Shown: in pieces, positions 13,785 to 24,164 of the stretch
Layout of the letters: each line of letters begins with the position of its first letter
Numbering within the stretch: the stretch's first letter is position 1
From: Octopus vulgaris
Taxonomy: Eukaryota
NCBI GenBank assembly: GCA_951406725.2
Contig: OX597821.1
Coordinates: 20,336,001-20,400,000, forward strand
Direction of reading: 5' to 3'
Length of the DNA: 64,000 nucleotides
Made by a program: the position numbers and the translations under genes
The notes under the pieces: model-generated
The model's database searches: none
What the model was told of the DNA's origin: nothing
What the model saw: only the letters and a program-made list of their open reading frames with translations

Positions 13785-15960
13785 TACTTTTAATTTGCAT
13801 GTTTGTTACAGCCACTTGCTGAGAGACACCCAGTGCCCTGGGGCGAGTAAAGGATAAGAGATGTTACAGTATGACTGGGGATGAATAGGTAGTGAAATAT
13901 TTGCATGTAATACAACACAGACATTTAAATGGATAGTGTTTTCTAAGTTTGTGTACGTTACTTGTTAGTACAATCTTTTGGGTTTCTCTGAGACATGGTT
14001 CTCCTGGGATCTCATACAGATGCTTCTTTTTATCATACATAGGACACCTACAATAATAGGAACGCGTCACTTTTTAAGAGGTCAGACCTTTTGTATTTCA
14101 ATTTCAAGGTCCTTATATTTACTGAGTTTGTCAAATTCTTTGGCAGATATACTTTAATCAGTGGGAACACTTACATTTATTATTTATTAGCATACATGTA
14201 TTTTCTTCGTTGTCTTTAATAATCATATCTGGTCGATTAGCTTAGATCGATAGTGATATTTTTACCTTCAATGCCTGACTCAGGATGATGTTCATACCAG
14301 TGAGCAGAAGTGCTAATTTTGTAGTGCTCACATACATTCCAGTGTAAATACAGTCTTGCCCTGTCGTGACGATTTTTACATTCATTTGGTGTCACAAAAT
14401 CTGCATTTAGGCTCATAATAATTTTGAAGAACGTTAGCCTGGAAGTGTTTTGTGAGCAAGATTTCATCTTGTGCCGCTACTATGAAACCTCCAGTCGTTG
14501 CTTTCAGTCCTAAACTACCCAGCCACTGATGCATTGTTGCTTGATTTACATCAGCATTTCATCTTCGAATTATACTGAGGTTTCCTGTTCTTCGCTCCTA
14601 AGTTTGTTTCTGCCCGTTCTTTTTTGCAGTCTGCTTGATACAATTTGCTTTTTTTTATGGCAGTGGTTTCAGGTTCTATAACTATTACAGGGTTAATGCT
14701 AAGTTCCTTTGTAAATTGGCAAGATTCCTAGACAATAGAATGTGATTTTTTTACTGCTTTCCTGTTTGCAAACAAGTCGCAGCATCCAGTCCTCTGTAGT
14801 GAATAAGTACTTCTTCAATACTTTTGTGGAGGTCTTATAGCACAGTTCTACCTGCATGATTCCTATTACCCCATTACTTCTATGTAGGTACAGAAAATCA
14901 GCATCTGCATTTGGACGGTGCATGTCCTTAGACGGTAGTAATTTTCATGTCTTCCTGTCGAGGCGTTGGAGCTCTGTAATATGCCAGTTAATGATGTTAA
15001 AACTATATTGGATTACTCGAAGTGCCAGGGTATTAATGGCTACGATAGAATTTTTATAGTTGAGTTCAATTTTTAGTATGTGTCTTATTCTCCTGTATTA
15101 TTGCTTCCTTTATTTTTCCTTCTTAGTTGTATATCATCTCCGTTTATCCCCAGGTGTTTGTAATTTTATTGTGGGTCAAGCTCCTTGATGGTACTGTCGG
15201 TAGCTAATTTAATGGAAGCTGTTTGCCAGAGCTTGCCTCTTACAAAAGTTACTTTAGCACACCTATCAATGCCAATGTCCATCCCGATGCCATTACTGAA
15301 TTCTTTAACAGTTGTTAGTAGCCTTACTAGTTCTTAGTCATTTCTGGCAAACCGTTTCAGATCGTCCATATAAAGCAAATGGTTTATTGCCGTATTGTAA
15401 ACTTTGAACCAGTACCTTGTATTATTCAGTTTGTTTGAGAGTGGGATCAGTGTCATGCAAAAGAATAATGGGGAGAGTGAGTCACAATGAGAGTTGCCTC
15501 GTTTGATGTTGATGCTCTTAGATTGGCTCATCCTATTACTATGGTGCAGAAAGAGATGTGTATTCTACTTTTTCATGCTACCTTTTAAGATTTTGGAGAC
15601 GACAGAAGAAATCATATATCTGAAGGGCTTTCTGTAGGCAAATATGTGGGACACTATCAAACACTTACCTATAGGCTAGCTATGCCATACTGAAGTTCTT
15701 TTTTTGCTCCAGCAATTCTTTACAATCATTTTAATTATGAGTAATAGATCTTTCTATCCTTAAGAATTCCTTTTACAACCTTTTTGAGCTTCTGGAAAGA
15801 TTGAGTTCTGTTCAAGAGAAATGTATATTCTTTCATTTAGTAGCGATATGAGGACCTTGTAGGTGGTGGTAAGACATGCTACTGGTCGGTGGTTCTTTAG
15901 ATTTTTCTTGTCTTCAGGTTTTTCAGCGCCGGCACACAGCTTAGAGACACAACACATTCC
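13733..15960 (-). mobile_element. Decayed R4/Dong-like non-LTR retrotransposon (RT + restriction-like endonuclease)
   Basis: Minus-strand fragments in the expected order: NHRPVACLTTTYK..QKGC, CDSLSPLFFC, HLLYMDDLK, HRPNADADFLYLHRSNG, RHDRARLYLHWNVC..WYEHHPE, and the RLE region (..DKLSKYKDLEIEI..VPIIVG). Ends in a (TAA)n tail. Many stops and frameshifts. Confidence 0.85.
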
Positions 15961-16616
15961 TCAACACATGATATATTCCAAGTGGTGCTACAAAGTGAAT
16001 ACTTCCTCTGAAGTTTAGTATTTGCAACTTTCGATATCATAATATTGCTCTCTTGGAGAGAGACCCCAGTTTTCCTATCAGAATTGTTACAGTTTTTTTC
16101 CCAGAAACAAGCTGATGTCAGCGAGACAGGAGACTGGAGTGCATTATGCCAGAACAAAGACGGCGATGAACTTTAGCAGATTGTAAAAGGCATGAATAAA
16201 AATACTGAAATAAATCTATGTGCTTATGTTTAATGAAAATACGTCTAAGTTCTTTAATAAATACGTTACAAACGGAAATAGTGATACGCATTTATATGAA
16301 ATCATTAAGTATGAGTTGGCTTGGCTTGTAAGTAGACTTAATCTAATTCCTTACACTTTGCCTCTTGCCACGCTTTTCTCCTCTTCTCTCTCCATTTCTC
16401 TTTCAATCTTTATCTCTCTCCCTCTCTCCTGAGAAAAGAGGGAGAAGAGATAGAGGGAGTCCTGTCAATTAAACAAGGAATGTATTTATTGAGCTTGTCA
16501 GTATTATACATATGTTTATTAAACATGCATATATAAATTGACGTTCAATTTATAATCTTTGTACTTTAATATAATATAATATATAATATAATATATATAT
16601 ATATATATATATATTC

Positions 16617-16667
<51 letters not shown>

Positions 16668-17240
16668 TACACACATATTTATATACATGCATATACATGC
16701 ATGTATGTGTATACGCAAATACACAGACAAATACAGAGACATATATATGCGTGTGCGTGTTTGCATGTATCTATTACGATAAAAGTGTGTGCATATACAC
16801 TTGGTGAATTCAAGTTTATACTTTGAAGTCTATATGATTTATTAACGTCCGTATAACCGCACAGAGACACAAAAATATACACACACCGATCTGCGCATGC
16901 GCATAGAGTCACATGCTCGCATTTAATTTTATATATTAATTTTTGTCTTCCTAATCACTTGTCGGTCTTTTCTCCCAGACGATATAAGATCTTGAATTTT
17001 CCATTGAAGTCTTTTGGAGCGTACAAGACTTAGAAGAAAAGGAGCTTCAAAGGGAGGGAATTCATCAAATAAACTAGTCCGCCTGAGGGCACTTCGATCT
17101 TTGCAATAATTTCCCTCGTGATTCGTAGAAATTGTAAATCAATTTGGTTTATGAGAAAATATCACGACTTGAAAAATATCTTACCGACGTTTGGAGACAA
17201 AAAAGAAGAAGAATGGCGTGGGAAATACATACACACATAC

Positions 17241-17277
<37 letters not shown>

Positions 17278-17325
17278 CATTTATATGCATATATATATAT
17301 ATATACATATGTATATGTATATATA

Positions 17326-17361
<36 letters not shown>

Positions 17362-17784
17362 TGTATGTATGTATGTATGTATGGTGTATGTATGTATGTA
17401 TGTACATATGTATGGTGTGCGTGTGGGTGGGTGTTATATATGTTATATATATATATATGCGTTGGTAGGTGTGTGGATTTGTGCCTGTTTGTTTGTCTGT
17501 CTCTATGTATGCACGTAAAGGTTTTCTTCATCGTTCGTCCATATGGTTGCCAGACTCACATTGCATTAACTGAAGTTGAACATTCTTGCTCGAGATGAAA
17601 ATCGTACCGAATTGCTTTTGTTGATATTTATATTAATAGCGGTGTTTAGTGTACATATTGCATGATATTGTCTTTGCTAGTTGTATTTTTTTATTTATTT
17701 AATATCTCAGGTATGATACTCTCGACCTATTACGAAAAGTATTGACCAACTTACGTGACCGTCAAACATTTTATTTAGGTATAC

Positions 17785-17947
17785 TTATTTATTTATTACC
17801 CACAAAAGGCTAAATATAGAGGGGACAAACAAGGACAGACATTAAGTCGATTACATCGACCCCAGTGCGTAACTGGTGCTTAATTTGTCGACCCCGAAAG
17901 GATGAAAGGCAAAGTCGACCTCGGCGGAATTTGAACTCACAACGTAA
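17785..17947 (-). mobile_element. SINE family A, partial
   Basis: Reverse complement of the 6340-6488 body (gtcgacctcggcggaatttgaactc). Confidence 0.85.
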
Positions 17948-18059
17948 GGATTATTTCAACCGATATATTTTCCTCAATGCAAATATGAAGAATTTAATTT
18001 GACGTAAATATTGCTAGCGTTTCTTGTGTGTCTGTAGGTATTAATAAGTTTCTGATTGT

Positions 18060-19280
18060 AGGGCGGCGAGCTGGCAGAAACGTTAGCAAGCCGGGCGAAA
18101 TGCTTAGCTGTATTTCGTCTGTCTTTATGTTCTGAAATGAAATTCCGCTGAGGTCGACTTTGCCTTTCATCCTTTTAAGTACCAGTTGCATATCGGGGTC
18201 GATCGGGGTCGATCTAATCGACTGGCTCCTCCCACAAAATTTCGGGCCCTGTGTCTAGAGTAGAAAGGAATATGTTTCTGATTGCCCCTTACTATTATTT
18301 GTTAGCGAAAGACGGCGAGCTGGCAGAATCGTTAGAGCGCCAGACGAAATGCTTAGTAGGAATTCGCCCGCCGCTACCTTCGTGTTGAAATTCCACTGAG
18401 GTCAACTTTACCTTTCATCCTTTTCGGGTCGATAAAATAAGTACCAGTTGAACATTGGGATCGATTTAATTGACTTATCCCTTTCCTCAAAGTTGCTGCA
18501 CTTGTGGCAAAATTTGAAACCTTTATTTTTTGTTAGCGTAAAGCGGTGGCATGCTGGTAGAAATTTTAGAATGGTGGACAAAACTTTTTAGCGTTATTTC
18601 GTCTATCTTACGCTTTGGTTTTGAATTCCTCCGATGTCGCGTTTGCTTTCATCATTGCGTGGGTCGATGGAATAAGTACCAGTTTACTACTTAAGTCGAT
18701 ATAATCGCTTAACCACGTCCACACATAATTTTAGGCCTTATGCTTGTAACAGAAAATAATTTGTTATATAGGTGGCGAGCAGGCATAATCGTTAGTATAC
18801 CGAATATTATGCTTAAAGGCATTTCGTCTTTCTTTACGTTCTAAGTTCAAATTCCGCTTCAACTATGGTTTCATCCTTTCAGAGTCGATAAAATAAATAC
18901 CACTCATGTACTGGGGTCATTGTAATGGACTTCCCCCTCCTTTCAAAAGATGCAGGCTATGTGTCAACATAGAAAACATGATTATTTATTAGTGTTGTAT
19001 TTCCTTTGTCAATTTAAGGTGGCAATGTAGCAGAATAGCTTGTGTTGTAAGAAAATGCCTTGCCGATTGCGTATCATCAAACTTCAAATCCCACCCAGAT
19101 CCGATTATTTCACATCAGAGTTCAAATCCCACCCATATCCGATTATTTACCTTCACAGTTGAAATCCCACCCAGATTTCATTGGGATTGATAAATTAAGC
19201 TACCAGTCATGTAATGGAGTGGATTTAAGCGACTTATCCCACTAAGGAACTCAGAATAGCTAGGTTGGTGCCGAATGTAG
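18060..19280 (+). mobile_element. Head-to-tail stack of five SINE family A copies
   Basis: Heads at ~18061, 18311, 18541, 18771 and 19017. Each has the gcctttcatcc/gtcgataaaataagtaccag body; divergence increases downstream. Confidence 0.85.
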
Positions 19281-20309
19281 TATCATCATGTTTCCTAATT
19301 CTACGAGACGAGTTAGAAACTTTAAAGTGTCTGAAAAATTTCTCACTGTATCTCGCATCCTTGTCGAGCTTTTACTTTCTAGCATGAAATTCAATGTCTG
19401 CATAAGCGGGTCAGCATTTCGAGCTTAGTAAGATAAACAACCAACGAAGCATTGGATAGATGGTTCCAAATTATCCCTATAGCAAACATCAGCATTAATT
19501 CAGAAATAATAACACCTGAAAAAAAGAGGCCTTGCAGTATTTGTACTAGCCCTTTACGTTCATAGTTCAAGTCCAGCCGATATTTACCTTTCATTCTTCC
19601 GAGTTCGATAAAGTTAATTTAACACCGCCCCCCCCCCCAAAAAAAAAGAAAAATGTTCTTGTGCTTATATTAATTTTTTGCCGTGATATTAGTTGTTTTA
19701 CACGCATTTTTCTTATAGTTTTCCTTGTTAAAGAAATAGTAGAAGGTAAACACATAGTAGTAGTGTATGTGTTGATGTTTTGCTGCAGATCTCGCAAATC
19801 CAGAATTTCTCTGCTCGGTGTCGCCTCTCAACGGATCGCATTTTACAATCAAACCCTTCCACCAAGTTTTGAAAAATAAATAACTAAAGAACAGAATATA
19901 ACAGAGTATGACTTTAAAAATCATTCAAGGTAATTTTTTGCAGTGTATTATCATTCATAACTTTTTATATTAATCTATCCATCAGCAGCTTTAATTTAGA
20001 TATTTGCATACAAAAGGGCTCCTTATGTTAAAATGTAAATAGAACTTCAATGGAAGTGGATCTTCACGCATCGTCAGTCAGGGTTCTGCTCATTGATATA
20101 CAATGTGCTGCGCATATTTTAATACTGACAATACTTATTTTATTTTATTTTACTAAGGACTGTATTTTAGCTAAATATCTTATTTCCATCAATCATCCTG
20201 GTCTCTCACAAAAATCCGACATCCGCCAAAGAAATATTTTCGAACTGTTTGTAAGATCCCATCTCAGCAATAAATACTCACCATTTAAGTCTCAGTAGCC
20301 TGATCTATT

Positions 20310-20515
20310 TCAAATTTCAAATTTTGGCACTTGGCCAGCAATTTCGTGAAAGGGGTCATGTCTATTCCATCGACCACAGTGGTCGCCTGGTACTTATTTT
20401 ATTGGTTCCGGAATGATGGCATGCAAATTCGAACTCGGCGGAATTTGAACAGAGACCGTAAAGACGAACTAAATACCACTAAGCATTATATCAGCCGTGC
20501 TAGCTTGCCACCTCA
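20310..20515 (-). mobile_element. SINE family A, degenerate
   Basis: tggtacttattttatt..ctcggcggaatttgaac..gctagcttgccacc is the reverse complement of family A. Confidence 0.7.
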
Positions 20516-20967
20516 TGGCTGACCAATTACCAAAGGCATTCCAACGAAAAACTCATCATCAATGCACATACAGTTTATCGTGGTCAACGATATCCACTTG
20601 AATGGTTCTTCTTTTAAGGCAGCCGAATATGATTTCAGAAGAACTTGACTGCGGTTTCTAGCAGTTCTCACATTATAACAAATCAATCTTTCTTAGTATA
20701 AAACGTGTATTGAGTACTTTTCTCTGCTATGCACATGGAAATCCTTGTGTGTATGTAAGCGTATCTGGTTGTGCGTGTGTGCGTGCGTGTGCACGTGTAT
20801 GCTGTGCGTGTATGCTGTGCGTGTATGCTGTGCGTATAAGTGTGCGTGTACATACATGCATACACACACATATATAATCATCATTGATGTGATGCACCAA
20901 CATATCTATCTATATATATATATATATATATATACTTTATTTAAAAGTAGCAGAAATTCAACAAAAC

Positions 20968-21005
20968 CTGTTACTCGGAGTTTCACGTTCCTGTTCGTCG
21001 GACAG
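20968..21005 (-). ncRNA. Minimal hammerhead ribozyme in a solo Penelope terminal-repeat fragment (20940-21105)
   Basis: Minus strand reads CUGU-CCGACGA-AC(AGGAAC)GU-GAAA-CUCCGA-GUA/ACAG, with stem I CUGU/ACAG. Confidence 0.6.
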
Positions 21006-21102
21006 TTTTGTTAAAATAGAACAGATGTGACAATTCTATAAGCGTCCCCTGATATTTGAGTACTCTTTTTTCCACCTTGTTTCACATTTATGTGTTCACT
21101 CC

Positions 21103-21159
<57 letters not shown>

Positions 21160-21160
<1 letters not shown>

Positions 21161-21768
21161 AACATCCAGATAATTAGATGAAAGAAAAAAGGGACAAGAA
21201 AAACAAGAACGGATCATTCGGAGTTTTCTTTCGCCAGACGAGTTCCAGATTATCTTTGCAGTTTCGGCTGGTTATACTCGAGGCTGCCCCAGTCTGGCCA
21301 GCCGCAAGGAAAATCTAACCTAAAAGCACTAGATTCCTTGGAAGAAAGCAGCGAATTTATACGAAAAGAGGGGCGGAAAAAATGGTACACAACGGAGAAA
21401 TGGTACACAAATACAAATGCAAATAACAGCAGGTGTCTTTCGACTAAGGACGAATTAAATTAAGCTGGCGAGTGTGGAAGTGAAGCAGGAACATAAGAGA
21501 CGACAAGCATGGGAAGGGATATAGATGTTGCACGGATGGTAGTCGAACCAAGAAAGAAAGGTCAGGCTTGGCCGAACAACGGTCACGTGAAAGGAGAGGT
21601 AAAGGCAGAGGGATAGAAGAATTAGGGAGGGACGAGAAAAAAAAAGAAAAGGGACAGAGTGAAGAGAAAGAGGAGGGGAGGTGAGAATGAAGGGAAGGTC
21701 AGAAAATGTGAGAGAGGGTGAGCGAAAGAAAGAATGAAAGTATGAAAGAATAAGAGGGACGTACAAAA

Positions 21769-21800
<32 letters not shown>

Positions 21801-21830
21801 CTTACATATAAGAAAGCAAAGTGTACGTAG
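21160..21830 (-). mobile_element. Penelope-type 3' terminal fragment (same family as 35305-35900)
   Basis: Shares gtttcggct..ctcgag..ccagtctggcca..agattcctt..aattaaatt.agct.gcg with 35305-35660, and is flanked by microsatellites. Confidence 0.45.
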
Positions 21831-21840
21831 GCCGCTATAT

Positions 21841-21900
<60 letters not shown>

Positions 21901-22149
21901 TTTCAGGTGCTAGTGGTGGAAAGATTTTGTGATTATAGATATGGTGGTGTTGTTATCAGTGGTAACATGCATTATATCGTTGCTGCTGCAGTTTTATTTC
22001 GATTTATCTAACTAAGCCTCCCTTGTACTTGATATGAATTGTTTTTGTTATTAAATTAATAAAGTTTGCTAATTGAAAGATTAAAAGAAAAATTCTTCAT
22101 TGTTATGTTGTAGATCTAGCATTTATACTATAATTATTTTCATATTGCA

Positions 22150-22186
22150 GGCGCAGGAGTGGCTGTGTGGTAAGTAGCTTGCTAAC
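22150..22186 (+). mobile_element. SINE family B, 5' half (A box) of a split copy
   Basis: ggcgcaggagtggctgtgtggtaagtagcttgctaac matches the heads of intact copies ending at 27822 and 33927 (minus strand). The SINE continues at 26334. Confidence 0.92.
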
Positions 22187-24149
22187 TGCGCATGTGCGAG
22201 TCAGTGTTATGTTTGCCACTGAAGCAGTGAAGATGTGCTTTTGAAGCCGTCTTGAATTGAAAACTTTGGAAGCCCCATGTAAGATAAGATTCTGTTTTCT
22301 GGGTCCAGTGGGAGTTTTTGTTGAGAATTATTTTTACATGCAGGAAGTCCTACTGGATTCAGAATTCTGATTCTGCCGACATGTGGCAAATATATTTTTC
22401 TCGCTGAGAAAATTTTGGGGGGCGTATCCGTCTTCGAATTGTGAAAATTGAATTGTGCTGTGAAGAACTACCAATTTTACACCAATTTTTGTGGAAGTTG
22501 TACGATCCTGGTTCGATTTAGGCCGGGAGTACCAAATGGCCAAAAGGATTTTGCTGTGTTATTGACTTTCTTTTTAACTTTATTTGACTTTCGTTTTTAA
22601 CTTTATTTGACTCTCTCCTTTTTTCATTGTGACTTTCTTCGGATTTCCTTTTCTTCTCGTTTTTTAGTTTTATTCTAAATACATTTATTTAAAAAAAAAA
22701 ACATGGCAACAAAAGAAACCACCGCTTTGGAATGGGAGGTCGTCCCACCCAAGCAGTGGATTGAAAGTCTTGAGAAGAGGACGGTGGTCCTACGAACCTA
22801 TTCTAGGTCGCGTGGAGCCATTGCCCTCTTCGACAGGAATACTATAGAGAAAGAGTTGGGGGAATACCTGCCAACTATAAAATTTATTTCTCGGGGACTA
22901 AATTTGCAACGGTGTGGTTGCTGTTTGGTACCCCCGAGGAAGCTAGCAGATTTGCTAGCGAGCCACTGGAGGGAGAGGAAATTTTGTTCCTCCCCTCGTA
23001 TTGTGGCAGAAAAGTGAAAAGAGCCTGGGTGTGTGGGCTGCCCCGGGCACGGAGGTGGAATGGATCGAGAAGACCATCCGGCGAGGCCTGGGGGATAGCG
23101 GACCCAGACTGCTGAGTGTGAAGGTGGCTCCCGCGGTCGCCTGGGAGGGGTCGAGGGCAACTTTGATACTGTGGACACCGGTAGCCGTGGGAGAAATGAA
23201 ATTCCCGGACTTCCTGAGAATGGCTGGGCACAGGTACCCGGTGATACTCGAGGGTCGCCCCCCCCAAGTGTCACCTGTGCCTGAAGCCCGGACATATCAG
23301 GAAGAATTGTCCCAGGGGCCGTGGTGGTGCCCCGGAGCAGAGAGGGGAAAAGGCGCCCGCCGCCCCCTCATTGGAGGGGGAGACGATGGAAGTCGTGGAG
23401 GAGGTTGCCTCCACGAAAAGAAAGAGAAAGGCGAGCAACAATGGTTGCCCGCCAAAGAACGCTCAGGGGGCGAAGGGGGATAGCAATCCCCGTGTCTGGT
23501 GACGGAGTCCCCTGGGTCAGCAGTCTCCCCCAAAAGAAGGAGGAGAAAAAGGAGAGGTCGGACGACTGACGTTTCTGTGTCGCCGACGGAGCCGCGGGTG
23601 GGATGTGTGCCACCCGCGGACAAGGCTCCGCCAGTAGGAAGTGTGCCACCGACGGAGCAGTGTGAGGTCCCTCCCTGTGAAGAGGAGATGCTTCTCCTCC
23701 TTTACCACAAGGGAGAGGAGGTTGAAAGATTCTTGAATGGCTTGGGTGACCGAGAGCGTAAGGGCACGGTCGGCTCAAGGAGTCCGTTATGGCCTCCGCG
23801 GGTAGCTGCGGAAAAAGTAACAGAAGATACTTTGTCAAGGGTCGCAGAGACCTTTGAAAAGAAAGACTTTACCTTTCTCTTTGCAGGCCCCGACTTGTCG
23901 TCGCAGAGTTGTCTGCAGGCGGCAAGACAATTTGCTTCGGGGACCTGACGAGAAGAATTGTTGAACATTTTTTGAACATTTTATTAAATGTATTTATTGA
24001 AACATTGTTTTAGAGAAGCGAAAGTCAGCGGGCGCTTTCGACTTCTCCCATCACCATCTTCATCCACCACCACCATCATCCATTAATGTCCTTGTCCAGC
24101 CCGTAGCTACTACTCTGTGTGCTGCCCTAGTGGCAAATTATATAAAATA
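22187..24149 (+). mobile_element. ORF1-only non-LTR retroelement, copy 1 (Tx1/L1-like ORF1, no RT)
   Basis: Flanked by 15-bp AAGTAGCTTGCTAAC at 22172-22186 and 24150-24164. Has a ~515-bp 5' UTR, a single frameshifted ORF, and a structured 3' UTR ending in AATAAA. Confidence 0.85.
22703..23948 (+). CDS. ORF1/Gag-like nucleic-acid-binding protein (RRM-like x2, CCHC zinc knuckle), frameshifted
   Basis: Pieces in different frames join by comparison with copy 2: MATKE..KFISRG / ATVWLLFGTPEEASRF..AWVCGLP / PGTEVEWIEKTIRRGL..YPVILEGRPP / KCHLCLKPGHIRKNCP (CX2CX4HX4C, ~23266-23313) ..LLYHKGEEVE..WPPRVAAE. The three N-terminal shifts lie in G/C homopolymers. Confidence 0.8.
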
Positions 24150-24164
24150 AAGTAGCTTGCTAAC

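Noticed and set aside
22798-23968. Minus-strand ORFs over element 1 (and 24865-25548 over element 2)
   Set aside because: Antisense shadows of the GC-rich ORF1, with no independent motifs.
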